A stretch of 64,000 bases of DNA from Sphingobacterium hotanense (lineage in GTDB: Bacteria > Bacteroidota > Bacteroidia > Sphingobacteriales > Sphingobacteriaceae), in assembly GCF_008274825.1 (NCBI RefSeq), contig NZ_CP030848.1, forward strand, positions 3,035,618 through 3,099,617, read 5' to 3'. Every line of letters starts with the position of its first letter. Within the stretch, counting starts at the first letter, position 1. The notes under the pieces were generated by a model. The model searched no databases. It worked only from the letters and a program-made list of their open reading frames with translations, and was not told the origin of the DNA. Both the position numbers and the translations under genes were made by a program. Positions 19,462 through 31,453 of the stretch are shown piece by piece.

Positions 19462-20439
19462 TTGAAAACAATCTCCATTGAGGAATTTTACGGAAAAGAC
19501 TTATTATCAAAGATTTTTGAACCCAATCCAGCGGAATGTTGTAAAGACGGCTTTCAGCATCGTGTATTAATTAATGAATTTGTAAGAGGAAACTTTCAAT
19601 GCCTTTGTGTAGAGGATGTCGTCATCTCTTATCAGGAATGGCAGCTCATTCAACCCTTCCAACTAAGTATTGCCCATCGCGAACAGCTTATTAAATTGCA
19701 GTTCGAAATAGAGGGTGATTCAAAGTTTAGAAGTGATGACTTGAAGAAAATCGATATACCTGAAGGGCACTATCAATTCATCTATATTCCCAATGCGAAA
19801 GGAAAGCTCGAATATTCAAAATCTAGAAAGGTATTGGATTTACATATCTCGCTTGAACATTTATTGCAGTTCCTGACCTCGCAGGGATTAAGCGATAAAG
19901 AAATTCGCGAGCATCTCTTAATCAAACATTATAGTTTCTTCCGCTCGGCTATGAAAATTACGCCGCAACAGCATGCGCTGATCCGAGAACTGTTAAATCA
20001 TCAATATCAGGAAGGCTTTGCGAAAGAGTTCATCCGTATAAAAGCATTGGAGCTCATCTATTCGGCATTTAAGGATAATGCTAATACAGCCTCTGAGACG
20101 AAATGGCGAGCGGAAGATCGAACGATATTGCTAGAAATAAAAAATTATTTAGACTGCCATTTCCAACAAGAACTACACCTGAAAACTATCGCGCGGCAAT
20201 TTGGTATCAATGAATTCAAATTGAAGAATGCTTTCAAGGATCTTTTTCAAGATACGGTCATCAATTATGTAAGAAAACAACGTGTAAAGCATGCACACCA
20301 CCTACTGATGCATAGCAATATGGAGATTAAGGAGATTGCCTTTATCAGTGGGTTCAAATATGCGCATCATTTCTCGCAGGTATATCTGCAACATTATGAG
20401 CGGCTGCCAAGCGAAACAAGGCAAGCCATCAACAGGTAA
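19462..20439 (+). CDS. AraC-family transcriptional regulator, divergent from the receptor operon
   Basis: C-terminal double HTH (IARQFGINEFKLKNAFKDLF...EIAFISGFKYAHHFSQVY). TTG start in the ORF track. Confidence 0.8.
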   Translation: MKTISIEEFYGKDLLSKIFEPNPAECCKDGFQHRVLINEFVRGNFQCLCVEDVVISYQEWQLIQPFQLSIAHREQLIKLQFEIEGDSKFRSDDLKKIDIPEGHYQFIYIPNAKGKLEYSKSRKVLDLHISLEHLLQFLTSQGLSDKEIREHLLIKHYSFFRSAMKITPQQHALIRELLNHQYQEGFAKEFIRIKALELIYSAFKDNANTASETKWRAEDRTILLEIKNYLDCHFQQELHLKTIARQFGINEFKLKNAFKDLFQDTVINYVRKQRVKHAHHLLMHSNMEIKEIAFISGFKYAHHFSQVYLQHYERLPSETRQAINR

Positions 20440-21579
20440 TTAGTTAGCTAATTTCAGCTCATTGCCAATTTTATTTGCCACGCTCTTGATTACCGGTGGG
20501 ATTCCAAAGCGGTCTAAATCCTTCCAGAATTCTTCCGTATACTTACTTTTTTCCTCCAAAAATTGCCAGCGTTTATCATTTGGCTTTAAGGCTTTGTATT
20601 CCGCCTTTGTCAAAAAACTGCGCTCCATAACATAAAACTCAGTCGAGTAATCTCGTGGCATGTAGCCATGCTCCTTCTGCCGTTTGATAGAAGCAGAAAC
20701 CGTCGACACTCGACTAATTAAATCCATAATGGAAGGATTCGTATAGTTATTCCCCTGATAGGACTCTGAACGGGTACTTTTGTACACTTCGAATTTAATC
20801 CTGAAAAAACTGACATGCACCTTCTTTCCTGGCGGGAAAACGTTGTAAAAGACCTGGGTGTTACCATCAGCTCCGACTTGCGAATAACCCATCGCCAAAC
20901 CCTCATTTTCGATAACCGTACGATTTCCGCTATTTTTCAACTTTGCTCCCTTAACCCCTTCTATGGCTTCCAATAAGCTTTTGGATTGTATATTATTGAT
21001 TGACGGTTTGAAATACATCAGCGAGCCCTGCGTGTCTTTGAGTTCTTGATTTGCTTCCGCATTGCTAAAAAGGCGATATTGATGGAGTTCCATCTTCGAC
21101 TTACCTTTATTCTTATTGATTGGAATATAATAAGACACGATCCCATCATAGAGATAGCGAGAGCGATTGTTGAAGGTTTCATAATTCCTGAAATACCCCT
21201 TCAAAACCACATAATCATATTTCTCGCTATCCATCACGGTCACCTCTTCCAAAGCGACACTTCGAGCTTGCATACGGATAACCTTGGCTTTCAGAAAATC
21301 AGCATAAGGAAGATCTAAATTTTGGTAAGAGATATGATTCAACGTGATGGTCGATGCATTAGCTGCTTGCAAGGAATCCAAATGTATCTCACCATTCAAA
21401 TCAGATGAACCTATCAAGAGTCCGGAATCGGTGTAAACATTGGCACCAGCAATTCGTGTATTACTGAGGCTATCGACTACTTGAATCTGCGCTTGAAGCG
21501 TATTTAGGCAAGACAATAAGATAAAAAGCAATACGGCAATTCTCATATTTAGTGGATTTGATAGCGCTAAATTATACAA
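20440..21579 (-). CDS. Hypothetical secreted protein with an N-terminal carboxypeptidase-regulatory-like domain
   Basis: Signal peptide (MRIAVLLFILLSCLNTLQA). No catalytic motifs recognised. Confidence 0.45.
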   Translation of the reverse strand: MYNLALSNPLNMRIAVLLFILLSCLNTLQAQIQVVDSLSNTRIAGANVYTDSGLLIGSSDLNGEIHLDSLQAANASTITLNHISYQNLDLPYADFLKAKVIRMQARSVALEEVTVMDSEKYDYVVLKGYFRNYETFNNRSRYLYDGIVSYYIPINKNKGKSKMELHQYRLFSNAEANQELKDTQGSLMYFKPSINNIQSKSLLEAIEGVKGAKLKNSGNRTVIENEGLAMGYSQVGADGNTQVFYNVFPPGKKVHVSFFRIKFEVYKSTRSESYQGNNYTNPSIMDLISRVSTVSASIKRQKEHGYMPRDYSTEFYVMERSFLTKAEYKALKPNDKRWQFLEEKSKYTEEFWKDLDRFGIPPVIKSVANKIGNELKLAN

Positions 21580-21645
21580 TTACTCAAATTGCCCGTATAT
21601 AGATTAACATACTTTAACCCTGAGATTAGGCTAATGAAAAATCCA

Positions 21646-22827
21646 CTAAGGGTTAAAGATCAGCATGATAAAGACGATAAATAAGGTCAAGTGCATCAAT
21701 CCGATGATGGGCGAAGTTCTTCTTCCCATACAGCTCATCAAGCTAAGTAAGAGTGTTAAGACAAAAAGGATCGTTTCTGTCCCTGTTAGCCCGAAGTGTA
21801 CTGTCTTGCCAGCAATTAATCCAACGATCAATACCGCAGGCACTGTCAGCCCAACTGTCGATACGAAAGCGCCATGACAAAGATTGATCGCCCGTTGGAA
21901 TTCGTTATTCAATGCGGCCTTAACAGCAGTCATCGATTCAGGGGTAAATACGATAATCGCAATCAACACGCCTCCTAACAAAGTAGGCAGCTGGGCTGCT
22001 TGAATCCCATAGTCAACAACGACGGCCATATGATGCGAAAGTAGCACAATCGGCAAGATCATCCCTAAAAGTACTATCGAGCGGATTAGAATTTCGGATT
22101 TAGTAGAATTAGTAGCTTGCGAGCTTTCGCTCGCCTCCAACTCCGCGTTGATGATAGTATCGGCGAACCTAATCTCCATTTGCCCTACTGGAGGCTGTAT
22201 ATAATGATGGCGGTATTTCGTCATCTGGAAATACAGGAATGCGGCATACAACAAAGCCACAAGACCTGAAAGAATAATCGCCTGCGTCGTGCTAAATGAA
22301 CCATCACCGGCTCCGCTGATAAAGTTAGGAAGCATCATGGAAATACCGCCAAGCATGATAATCATGCTGTGGTAAGCCATTGCGCCTTGCGCATTGTACT
22401 CCTGCTCGCCATACTTCATCCCCCCTAATAGAAGACATAATCCCATCACTAAATTCATAATAATCATCATGACCGAGAATATGGAGTCTTTACCAATAGT
22501 AGGGTTTTCTGTTGGGCCTAACATAACGGCCGCAATCAAAATAACTTCAATAGATACAATCGACAACGTAAGTATTAAAGTGCCGTAGGGCTCCCCTAAC
22601 TTATGTGCCAGTTCGTCTGCTTCACGCACGACACCAAAAGCGGCCCCCACGATCGTAGCCAACAACAGCAAAAACACAGCAACAGCAGTCCATCCGCCCA
22701 TTTGCGCGCCCAGCAAGTCATGCCCAAAAAGGCTGAAAATAACAACGACTACCCATACCAGTCCTAATCGAATCCAAGTCGATAGAGGAATGATCTCGCT
22801 AATGGATGTTTTTTTTACCGTATTCAT
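21646..22827 (-). CDS. chaA: Ca2+/H+ antiporter (CaCA family)
   Basis: Strong similarity, from memory, to E. coli ChaA blocks: VREADELAHKLGEPYGTLILTLSIVSIEV and TPESMTAVKAALNNEFQRAINL. Confidence 0.75.
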   Translation of the reverse strand: MNTVKKTSISEIIPLSTWIRLGLVWVVVVIFSLFGHDLLGAQMGGWTAVAVFLLLLATIVGAAFGVVREADELAHKLGEPYGTLILTLSIVSIEVILIAAVMLGPTENPTIGKDSIFSVMMIIMNLVMGLCLLLGGMKYGEQEYNAQGAMAYHSMIIMLGGISMMLPNFISGAGDGSFSTTQAIILSGLVALLYAAFLYFQMTKYRHHYIQPPVGQMEIRFADTIINAELEASESSQATNSTKSEILIRSIVLLGMILPIVLLSHHMAVVVDYGIQAAQLPTLLGGVLIAIIVFTPESMTAVKAALNNEFQRAINLCHGAFVSTVGLTVPAVLIVGLIAGKTVHFGLTGTETILFVLTLLLSLMSCMGRRTSPIIGLMHLTLFIVFIMLIFNP

Positions 22828-22922
22828 GATTCTATCTTTACAATAATTTTTGAAAACCTTGCAAAAATAGCACCTCTGATGCCCTCGAAAATTATCCTGG
22901 GATAATAAAAGGACGGTTAAGT

Positions 22923-23483
22923 TTACTTCTCCTTCCGAATCCTACTTAAGCTGACAGGCGTCATCCGTAGAAAAGAGGCAATGTATTTAAGTGGCACTCG
23001 TTGCAAAAGTGCCGGCGATTCTTCGACTAGCTCGTCATAGCGTTCTTTAGCTGATTTCAACTGCGAGGAGATCCATCGTTTTTCCATCTTCAACAACTCC
23101 CCTTCCACGATTACTCTACCCAAATTGGCGATATGAATATCGCGCAGATATAAGGATTTCAACTTCTCAATACTGATACCATACAAGACGCTATCCTCCA
23201 TCAGTTCGACATCTTCATAAGATTTCACATGCTCGACATAGCTGCGCATGGACAAGACAATATCTCCCTCTAGACCAAACCAAAACGTAATGTCCTGCTC
23301 CGGCTGTGGAGAATATGCCCGAACAAGGCCTTTCGCAAGAAAGTACACTTTGCGCTCTAAGCGATCGGACTCCAAAAGGATGTGCCCCTTCGAAAAACGG
23401 ACTTCCTGCATCTCGCTTACTAAGAGTTCCAACGAAGGCGCAGGAAGCTTATAAAAATTGTTTAATACTTGTTCAATAGTCAT
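22923..23483 (-). CDS. Crp/Fnr-family transcriptional regulator
   Basis: cNMP-binding-like N-terminus plus a C-terminal HTH (ASFLRMTPVSLSRIRKE). Confidence 0.7.
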   Translation of the reverse strand: MTIEQVLNNFYKLPAPSLELLVSEMQEVRFSKGHILLESDRLERKVYFLAKGLVRAYSPQPEQDITFWFGLEGDIVLSMRSYVEHVKSYEDVELMEDSVLYGISIEKLKSLYLRDIHIANLGRVIVEGELLKMEKRWISSQLKSAKERYDELVEESPALLQRVPLKYIASFLRMTPVSLSRIRKEK

Positions 23484-23557
23484 GGATGAAGAAACAGATC
23501 TCTTGTTTATTTGATCTGTTCTCCTAAAATAATAAGAATTAAAGCAAATAGCGACAG

Positions 23558-23690
23558 AAAATAGTAGTTAGTAGATAGTATTAAGTATAAAGATCTGTGG
23601 CGGCCATCATACTCCCCCCTCTATATGCCAAACCAAATATCCTGCACATCATTTCATTCTTCCTTTCCTGGTTCAAAACAAATCCCCCTA
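23558..23690. repeat. Partial copies of the TAGTTAGTA arm and of the CCTTTCCTGGTTCAAA arm
   Basis: aaatagtagttagtagatagtattaagtat (23558-23588) and cattcttcctttcctggttcaaaacaaatcc (23655-23685), between the Crp/Fnr gene and the TPP riboswitch. Confidence 0.6.
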
Positions 23691-23845
23691 TCGAACAGAA
23701 GCTTTAACTCCTTAAAAATCAGCAATAAACTATTCGGTGTATTGTGATTCGCTTATGCTTTAGCCGTCCTGCTTTTTATCAACTGCTTAACTCATTCTTC
23801 GCAAAAATAATTGTTAATTAAAATAATATGCCTTACTTTAGCCTT

Positions 23846-23935
23846 GACTTTAGGGGTGTCTGCATTTATGCAGGCTGAGATTTTACCCTTATAACCTGAT
23901 CCAGATCATACTGGCGTAGGGAAAAGTAAGATGTC
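23846..23935 (+). promoter_or_regulatory. TPP (thiamine pyrophosphate) riboswitch (THI element)
   Basis: The ggggtg...CTGAGA...acccttataACCTGATCcagatcatactGGCGtAGGGAa matches the conserved THI-box core. It lies directly upstream of thiS-thiC. Confidence 0.8.
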
Positions 23936-24004
23936 AACATGGGTGCCGTACGCATCGATGTAGCCATTCCTAAAGTTTTTCACCCATAAAAAAACAGAAT
24001 AGGA

Positions 24005-26051
<2,047 letters not shown>

Positions 26052-26052
<1 letters not shown>

Positions 26053-26633
26053 TGATTGTTATAATAAGCGAACAGGCGGTGGAAAACGAGATAGAAACGT
26101 TGCGTCAATTGTTGCAGCATGATATTTTATTGCATATCCGCCGCCCCTTCATCAGTCCCTCGGAATTCGAATCATTCACCAAAGAGTTAGGATCCGAATA
26201 CCTTGATAGATTGGTCGTCCATCAGCAACATGCTTTGGCTGTGAAGATGGGGATTTCACGCTTGCATTTTAGTAGCTCAGATCGTAAAAACGTCTTGCAT
26301 TCAAAGTATCAAGAAACTTTCACCTGCTCAACATCTACACATAGCATTGCAGAGTTCAACTCCTTAGGAGCCTATTGGAGCTATGCTTTCTTAAGTCCTA
26401 TTTACCCTAGCATTTCCAAGCAGGACTATGGACTAGGAAATGCAGTGTTGAAAGAACTTTCTCAACGAACGAATCACAGCTCTAAGCTAATCGCATTGGG
26501 AGGTATTCATAAAGACAATATACAGGAAGCATTAGATGCGGGTGCAGATGATGTCGCTATGCTGGGTTCCATTTGGCAAGCTAAGGATCCGGTAAGCTAT
26601 TTAGAATCTTGCCTGTTGAAAGTGGAATTATAA
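26052..26633 (+). CDS. ThiE-like / TenI-family protein (second, divergent thiamine-phosphate synthase paralogue)
   Basis: TIM-barrel ThiE-like length and motifs (ALGGIHKDN...GADDVAMLGSIW). TAATG overlap with thiC. Confidence 0.55.
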
Positions 26634-27287
26634 ATGAAGATGAATAAGAGTAGAAGATTACCTCGATTAATGTTTATCTCAGACGGAAAAGATCTGGATG
26701 AGCAATTGGCGGGTATCCAATCGGTACTCGATGCTGGAGTAGAGTTTATACAGATACGATGGAAAGATGCCACCGCGCTTCAATTGGAAGAGCTTGCGAA
26801 AGCGGCAAAGCAACTTTGTAAGCAGTACAATGCATTATGTATAATCAATGATTTCCCAATGCTGGCGAAATCGTATGATATTGACGGAGTACATTTAGGC
26901 TTGGAAGATGATGCTGTTATCTCTGCAAGAAAAGAACTGGGTGCTGATAAAATTATAGGCGGGACAGCGAATACGCTGAAAGATGTGCAGCAACGAATTG
27001 CCGAAGGCTGTGACTACATTGGCCTCGGCCCTTTCCGCTTTACAGCGACAAAGAAAAAACTGAGCCCTGTATTAGGGCTCCAAGGCTACAGCAACCTGCT
27101 CACTAATCTTGATATCAATACAACCCCGCCCATCTATGCTATCGGTGGGATAACCATTAACGATGTACAGGAATTACGTAAAATCGGGATTTACGGTATT
27201 GCCTTATCAGGTTTCTTGCTAAAGAATCCACAGGCTATGCCACAACTTAACAAATACCTATATGAAGAATTTGAATATAGCCGATAA
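26634..27287 (+). CDS. thiE: Thiamine-phosphate synthase
   Basis: IQIRWKD...IINDFPMLA...DGVHLG...[13 protein letters not shown] motifs. Confidence 0.8.
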   Translation: MKMNKSRRLPRLMFISDGKDLDEQLAGIQSVLDAGVEFIQIRWKDATALQLEELAKAAKQLCKQYNALCIINDFPMLAKSYDIDGVHLGLEDDAVISARKELGADKIIGGTANTLKDVQQRIAEGCDYIGLGPFRFTATKKKLSPVLGLQGYSNLLTNLDINTTPPIYAIGGITINDVQELRKIGIYGIALSGFLLKNPQAMPQLNKYLYEEFEYSR

Positions 27288-28035
27288 AGAATTTACCTCG
27301 CGCCTATTTTTAGGAACTGGTAAATTCGGAAGTTACGCACTGATGCAAGAATCTATAAAAGCGTCAGGATCTGAATTAGTTACCATGGCTTTAAAACGTT
27401 TGGACCCGAATAATAAGGAAGAAAACTTATGGTCGGCATTGCAGTTGCCCGGAGTCAATCTATTGCCCAATACTTCGGGTGCACGAAATGCAAAAGAGGC
27501 TGTATTGGCCGCGCAATTGGCAAGAGAAGCGATGGAGACAAATTGGTTGAAGCTGGAAATACATCCAGATCCTCGCTATCTTCTACCCGACCCCATCGAA
27601 ACGCTGAAAGCCACCGAAGAACTAGCGAAACTAGGCTTCATCATTCTGCCCTACGTCCATGCAGATCCGGTGTTGTGCAAGCGTTTGGAAGATGCCGGGA
27701 CGGCTGCAGTGATGCCATTAGGAGCACCGATTGGCAGCAATAAAGGCTTAAAAACCTCAGATTTCCTGGAGATTATTATTGACCAAAGCAATGTTCCTGT
27801 TGTAGTCGATGCAGGAATCGGTGCGCCTTCGGATGCAGCCAAAGCAATGGAGATGGGTGCGGATGCCGTATTAGTGAATACCGCTATTGCGGCAGCGAAA
27901 AATCCTGTTGCTATGGCAGAAGCATTTCGATTGGCTGTTTTCGCGGGACGACAGGCTTATCTTTCCGGATTAGATGCAAAACGCAGTTATGCCGAAGCAT
28001 CTAGTCCGCTCACTGCATTCTTAATGGAGGATTAA
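27262..28035 (+). CDS. thiG: Thiazole synthase
   Basis: Conserved ThiG sequence ([12 protein letters not shown]...[14 protein letters not shown]...[31 protein letters not shown]). Confidence 0.9.
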   Translation: MKNLNIADKEFTSRLFLGTGKFGSYALMQESIKASGSELVTMALKRLDPNNKEENLWSALQLPGVNLLPNTSGARNAKEAVLAAQLAREAMETNWLKLEIHPDPRYLLPDPIETLKATEELAKLGFIILPYVHADPVLCKRLEDAGTAAVMPLGAPIGSNKGLKTSDFLEIIIDQSNVPVVVDAGIGAPSDAAKAMEMGADAVLVNTAIAAAKNPVAMAEAFRLAVFAGRQAYLSGLDAKRSYAEASSPLTAFLMED

Positions 28036-28038
28036 AAG

Positions 28039-29163
28039 ATGGCATCAGGGAATTTTCAAACCGTATTCGACGAGTATTCTTGGGAGGATGTGAAAAACCG
28101 CATCTACAGCAGCACTACTATTGATGTTGAACGCAGCTTGCGGAAGTCTCAAAAAGACATCAACGACTTCTTAGTGATGCTATCTCCGGCCGCGGCCTCC
28201 TATCTGGAGACGATGGCACAAGAAGCCCAGCGCCTAACACAGCAACGCTTTGGCAAAACCATACAACTCTACGCGCCATTATATGTGAGCAATGAATGCC
28301 AAAACATTTGTACCTATTGCGGCTTCAGTATGGACAATAAAATTCGCAGAAAGACTTTAAGCAATACCGAACTGTTGATAGAGGGCATGGCGCTTAAGGC
28401 GATGGGCATTGACCATGTGCTTTTAGTAAGCGGCGAAGCCAACAAGATCGTCGACACGCCATACTATGAAAATGCGATCAAACTATTGAAGACTCATTTT
28501 GCACAAATATCCATAGAGGTTCAACCGCTTGACTTGGAGGATTATCACACACTAAGAGCTGCTGGTTGCCATACGGTGCTAGTTTATCAGGAAACCTATC
28601 ATCAGGAGGTCTATAAGCAATATCATCCAAAAGGAAAGAAATCTAACTTCAAGTATCGCCTAGATACGCCAGACCGCATCGGACAGTCCGGTATTCATAA
28701 AATGGGACTTGGAGTTTTGCTAGGTTTGGAAGACTGGCGAGTAGACAGCTTTTTCAGTGCCCTTCATATTGACTACCTACAGCGCAAGTATTGGCAAACG
28801 AAGTATTCCGTTTCCTTTCCTCGCCTTCGCCCGGCGCAAGGGATCATCGAACCAAACTTCATTATGGAAGACCGAGATCTCCTGCAACTCATTTGTGCTT
28901 ACCGGCTTTGGAATCCTGATTTAGAAATCTCTGTTTCGACCAGGGAACGTGAGGTTTTCCGGAATCATATCATCGCCATTGCGGCAACTACGATGAGCGC
29001 AGCATCGAAAACCAACCCCGGTGGATATGTTGTTGACCCGCAGTCGTTGGAGCAGTTTGAAATATCGGATGAGCGCAGCATGGAAGAAATCCGAAGCATT
29101 ATTCAAAAAGCAGGTTATGACCCAGTTATGAAAGATTGGGACCAAGCATACACAGGAGTGTAA
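28039..29163 (+). CDS. thiH: 2-iminoacetate synthase (radical SAM)
   Basis: CQNICTYCGF radical-SAM cysteine motif and position in the thi operon. Confidence 0.85.
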   Translation: MASGNFQTVFDEYSWEDVKNRIYSSTTIDVERSLRKSQKDINDFLVMLSPAAASYLETMAQEAQRLTQQRFGKTIQLYAPLYVSNECQNICTYCGFSMDNKIRRKTLSNTELLIEGMALKAMGIDHVLLVSGEANKIVDTPYYENAIKLLKTHFAQISIEVQPLDLEDYHTLRAAGCHTVLVYQETYHQEVYKQYHPKGKKSNFKYRLDTPDRIGQSGIHKMGLGVLLGLEDWRVDSFFSALHIDYLQRKYWQTKYSVSFPRLRPAQGIIEPNFIMEDRDLLQLICAYRLWNPDLEISVSTREREVFRNHIIAIAATTMSAASKTNPGGYVVDPQSLEQFEISDERSMEEIRSIIQKAGYDPVMKDWDQAYTGV

Positions 29164-29166
29164 CGT

Positions 29167-29880
29167 ATGAAGGAACAGGATAGGATATTCGCTCGATACA
29201 GCCGACAGATCTTCATTGAAGAGGTGGGTATCGAAGGACAGCGTAAGATTATGAATGCGAAGGTCTTGGTCGTAGGAGCCGGAGGATTAGGTTCTCCCGT
29301 AATAAGCTATTTAGCTGCTGCAGGCGTAGGACAATTAGCCATTGCTGATTTTGATAAAGTCGAACTGCACAACCTAAACCGACAAACAATCCACAAAGAA
29401 AGTAGTGTCGGTGAATTAAAAGTTAACTCAGCCGAACAGTTCGTGAAGGACATGAATTCGACTATCAAATTGGAAAAGATTGCTGAGAAAATTACAAAGG
29501 AAAACGTAGTAGAGATACTACAACCTTACGATATTATTATCGATGGTTCAGATAATTTTACCACCCGCTATTTAATCAATGATACCTGCGTAGATCAACA
29601 AAAAACGTTGATCTACGGAAGTATCTTTGCCTTTGAAGGGCAGGTTGCACTCTTCAACTATAAAGGATCGAAAGACCTGCGAGCTATTTTCCCAAATGCT
29701 CCAGCACCCGACGAAATCCCCAACTGCGATAAAAACGGCGTCCTTGGTCCGCTCCCCGGCATAATCGGCAGCATGATGGCGATGCTGACGCTCAAAGTAA
29801 TATGCGACCTGCCGGTCGAAACAAACCAATTAACCATCATCGACACCTGGAACTGGAAATTCACCAACATTAGTTTCTAG
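29167..29880 (+). CDS. thiF: ThiF/MoeB-family adenylyltransferase
   Basis: VLVVGAGGLGSPVISYLAAAGVGQLAIADFDKVELHNLNRQ Rossmann/E1-like motif. Confidence 0.8.
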   Translation: MKEQDRIFARYSRQIFIEEVGIEGQRKIMNAKVLVVGAGGLGSPVISYLAAAGVGQLAIADFDKVELHNLNRQTIHKESSVGELKVNSAEQFVKDMNSTIKLEKIAEKITKENVVEILQPYDIIIDGSDNFTTRYLINDTCVDQQKTLIYGSIFAFEGQVALFNYKGSKDLRAIFPNAPAPDEIPNCDKNGVLGPLPGIIGSMMAMLTLKVICDLPVETNQLTIIDTWNWKFTNISF

Positions 29881-29930
29881 TAAAAACCACAGGCAAATCA
29901 TTCATTAATCAACAAATACTCCCACTTGCC

Positions 29931-29966
29931 GTGTCTAATGTCTAAAATCTAATATCTAAAAATCTA
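29931..29966. repeat. Solo CTAA-type repeat arm at the rtcB 3' end
   Basis: gtgtctaatgtctaaaatctaatatctaaaaatcta lies immediately before the rtcB stop codon at 29972-29974. Confidence 0.6.
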
Positions 29967-29971
29967 CCTCA

Positions 29972-31420
29972 CTAGTCTTCCCTCGACCCGTCATCTGCCA
30001 TTCTTACAATCTTTGGCGAAAAGGTTGCCACGATATCGACTAAGTCCACCTGCGCTTCCATTACCTCATGGATATTCTTGTACGCCATAGGCGCTTCGTC
30101 CATCGATGCTCCGATTAGCGTAATCCCTTGATCAGATAACATCTTATCCAGTTCGGACTGCGCCAAGGTTTTGATCGCTTGTGTACGGCTCATCAATCGG
30201 CCGGCACCATGCGATGCAGAATTGATCGATGCCTCCTCTCCTTTTCCACGCACCAAGAATCCAGGAGTTGCCATAGAGCCTGGGATAATACCCATAACAT
30301 CTTTACCCGCTGGCGTTGCACCTTTACGATGCACAATCACTTCCTCGCCATTCAACTCTTCTTTCCATGCGAAGTTATGATGATTCTCCACCTTTGCCAA
30401 TCGCTCAACTCCCAAGCTGTTCTTAACCTTTTCATGAATCACCTCATGGCAAGCCGAAGCGTAATCACCGGCAAGATTCATCGCCAACCAGTATTCCAAT
30501 CCCTCGTCAGAATTTAAATCTAAGTACGCAAGGTTTTGTGCCTGGTATGGAAGTTTGCAAATTTCCTTTGCCAGTTTCGTATAATGATTCGCGATCATGG
30601 CGCCGAGACCGCGGGATCCAGAGTGCGTTAATAGCGCAACATAGGTTCCTTTAGCAATACCCAAAGCCTTATCATCTTCTGCAAATTCGAGCGTCCCAAA
30701 TTCAACGAAATGGTTACCACCACCCGACGATCCTAGCTGCGTCCAAGCCTTGTCTTTCAAATCCTTAATAAAGGGAATCTCTTCGAACAATTTGTTATCT
30801 AAGACTGCATGGTCTTGACGCTCATGTTTTAAGAAACCATTACCTGCCCCAAAGCGGGAGTTCTTCATGATTACTTCTTGAAAGAAATCCTTCTGAGTCT
30901 CCAATGAGCTAGCCGGTAAATCGAAAATCGATAAAGCCATACGGCATCCAATATCGACCCCTACACCGTAGGGAATTACCGCATTATTGGTCGCTAAAAC
31001 CCCACCGATAGGCAAACCGTAGCCTTGGTGCGCGTCTGGCATCAGGGCGCCAGCCACTGTAACTGGCAACTTCATCGCTGTGTTCATTTGCTGCTTCGCT
31101 CCCAGCTCAATGTTTTCAACGCCGTAGACTGCATAGTCATCCACGCCTTCTTTCAAGCGAACTAAACTCGACTCTATCTTTTCGGTGTTGATTAAAGATT
31201 CAGCTAGTGGTCTAAATACCTTGTCCTCTAAAAAGGATTCAGGATTTTCTAAGACCTCTTTAAACTTCTGTAGCATTTCTTCCTTCTTCAGCCCATGGCG
31301 TTTGCTATTAATCTTCAAAGCCGCCCCTAAAGCGAAGTTTTCTTTATATCCTAAGGCAATCAAATCATTGCCATTAATTCTTTTATTTTCCATTTCTCTC
31401 AATTTAATGGGTAAAGCCAA
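29972..31420 (-). CDS. rtcB: RNA 3'-phosphate/2',3'-cyclic phosphate ligase RtcB
   Basis: RtcB signature blocks GGGNHF, HSGSRGLG, HRKGAT and SASHGAGR. The ORF track starts at a TTG at 31420; the first ATG (MENKRING) is at 31393. Confidence 0.9.
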   Translation of the reverse strand: MALPIKLREMENKRINGNDLIALGYKENFALGAALKINSKRHGLKKEEMLQKFKEVLENPESFLEDKVFRPLAESLINTEKIESSLVRLKEGVDDYAVYGVENIELGAKQQMNTAMKLPVTVAGALMPDAHQGYGLPIGGVLATNNAVIPYGVGVDIGCRMALSIFDLPASSLETQKDFFQEVIMKNSRFGAGNGFLKHERQDHAVLDNKLFEEIPFIKDLKDKAWTQLGSSGGGNHFVEFGTLEFAEDDKALGIAKGTYVALLTHSGSRGLGAMIANHYTKLAKEICKLPYQAQNLAYLDLNSDEGLEYWLAMNLAGDYASACHEVIHEKVKNSLGVERLAKVENHHNFAWKEELNGEEVIVHRKGATPAGKDVMGIIPGSMATPGFLVRGKGEEASINSASHGAGRLMSRTQAIKTLAQSELDKMLSDQGITLIGASMDEAPMAYKNIHEVMEAQVDLVDIVATFSPKIVRMADDGSRED

Positions 31421-31453
31421 TTTGCTTTACCCAGCATCTTAAAAATACAATTT

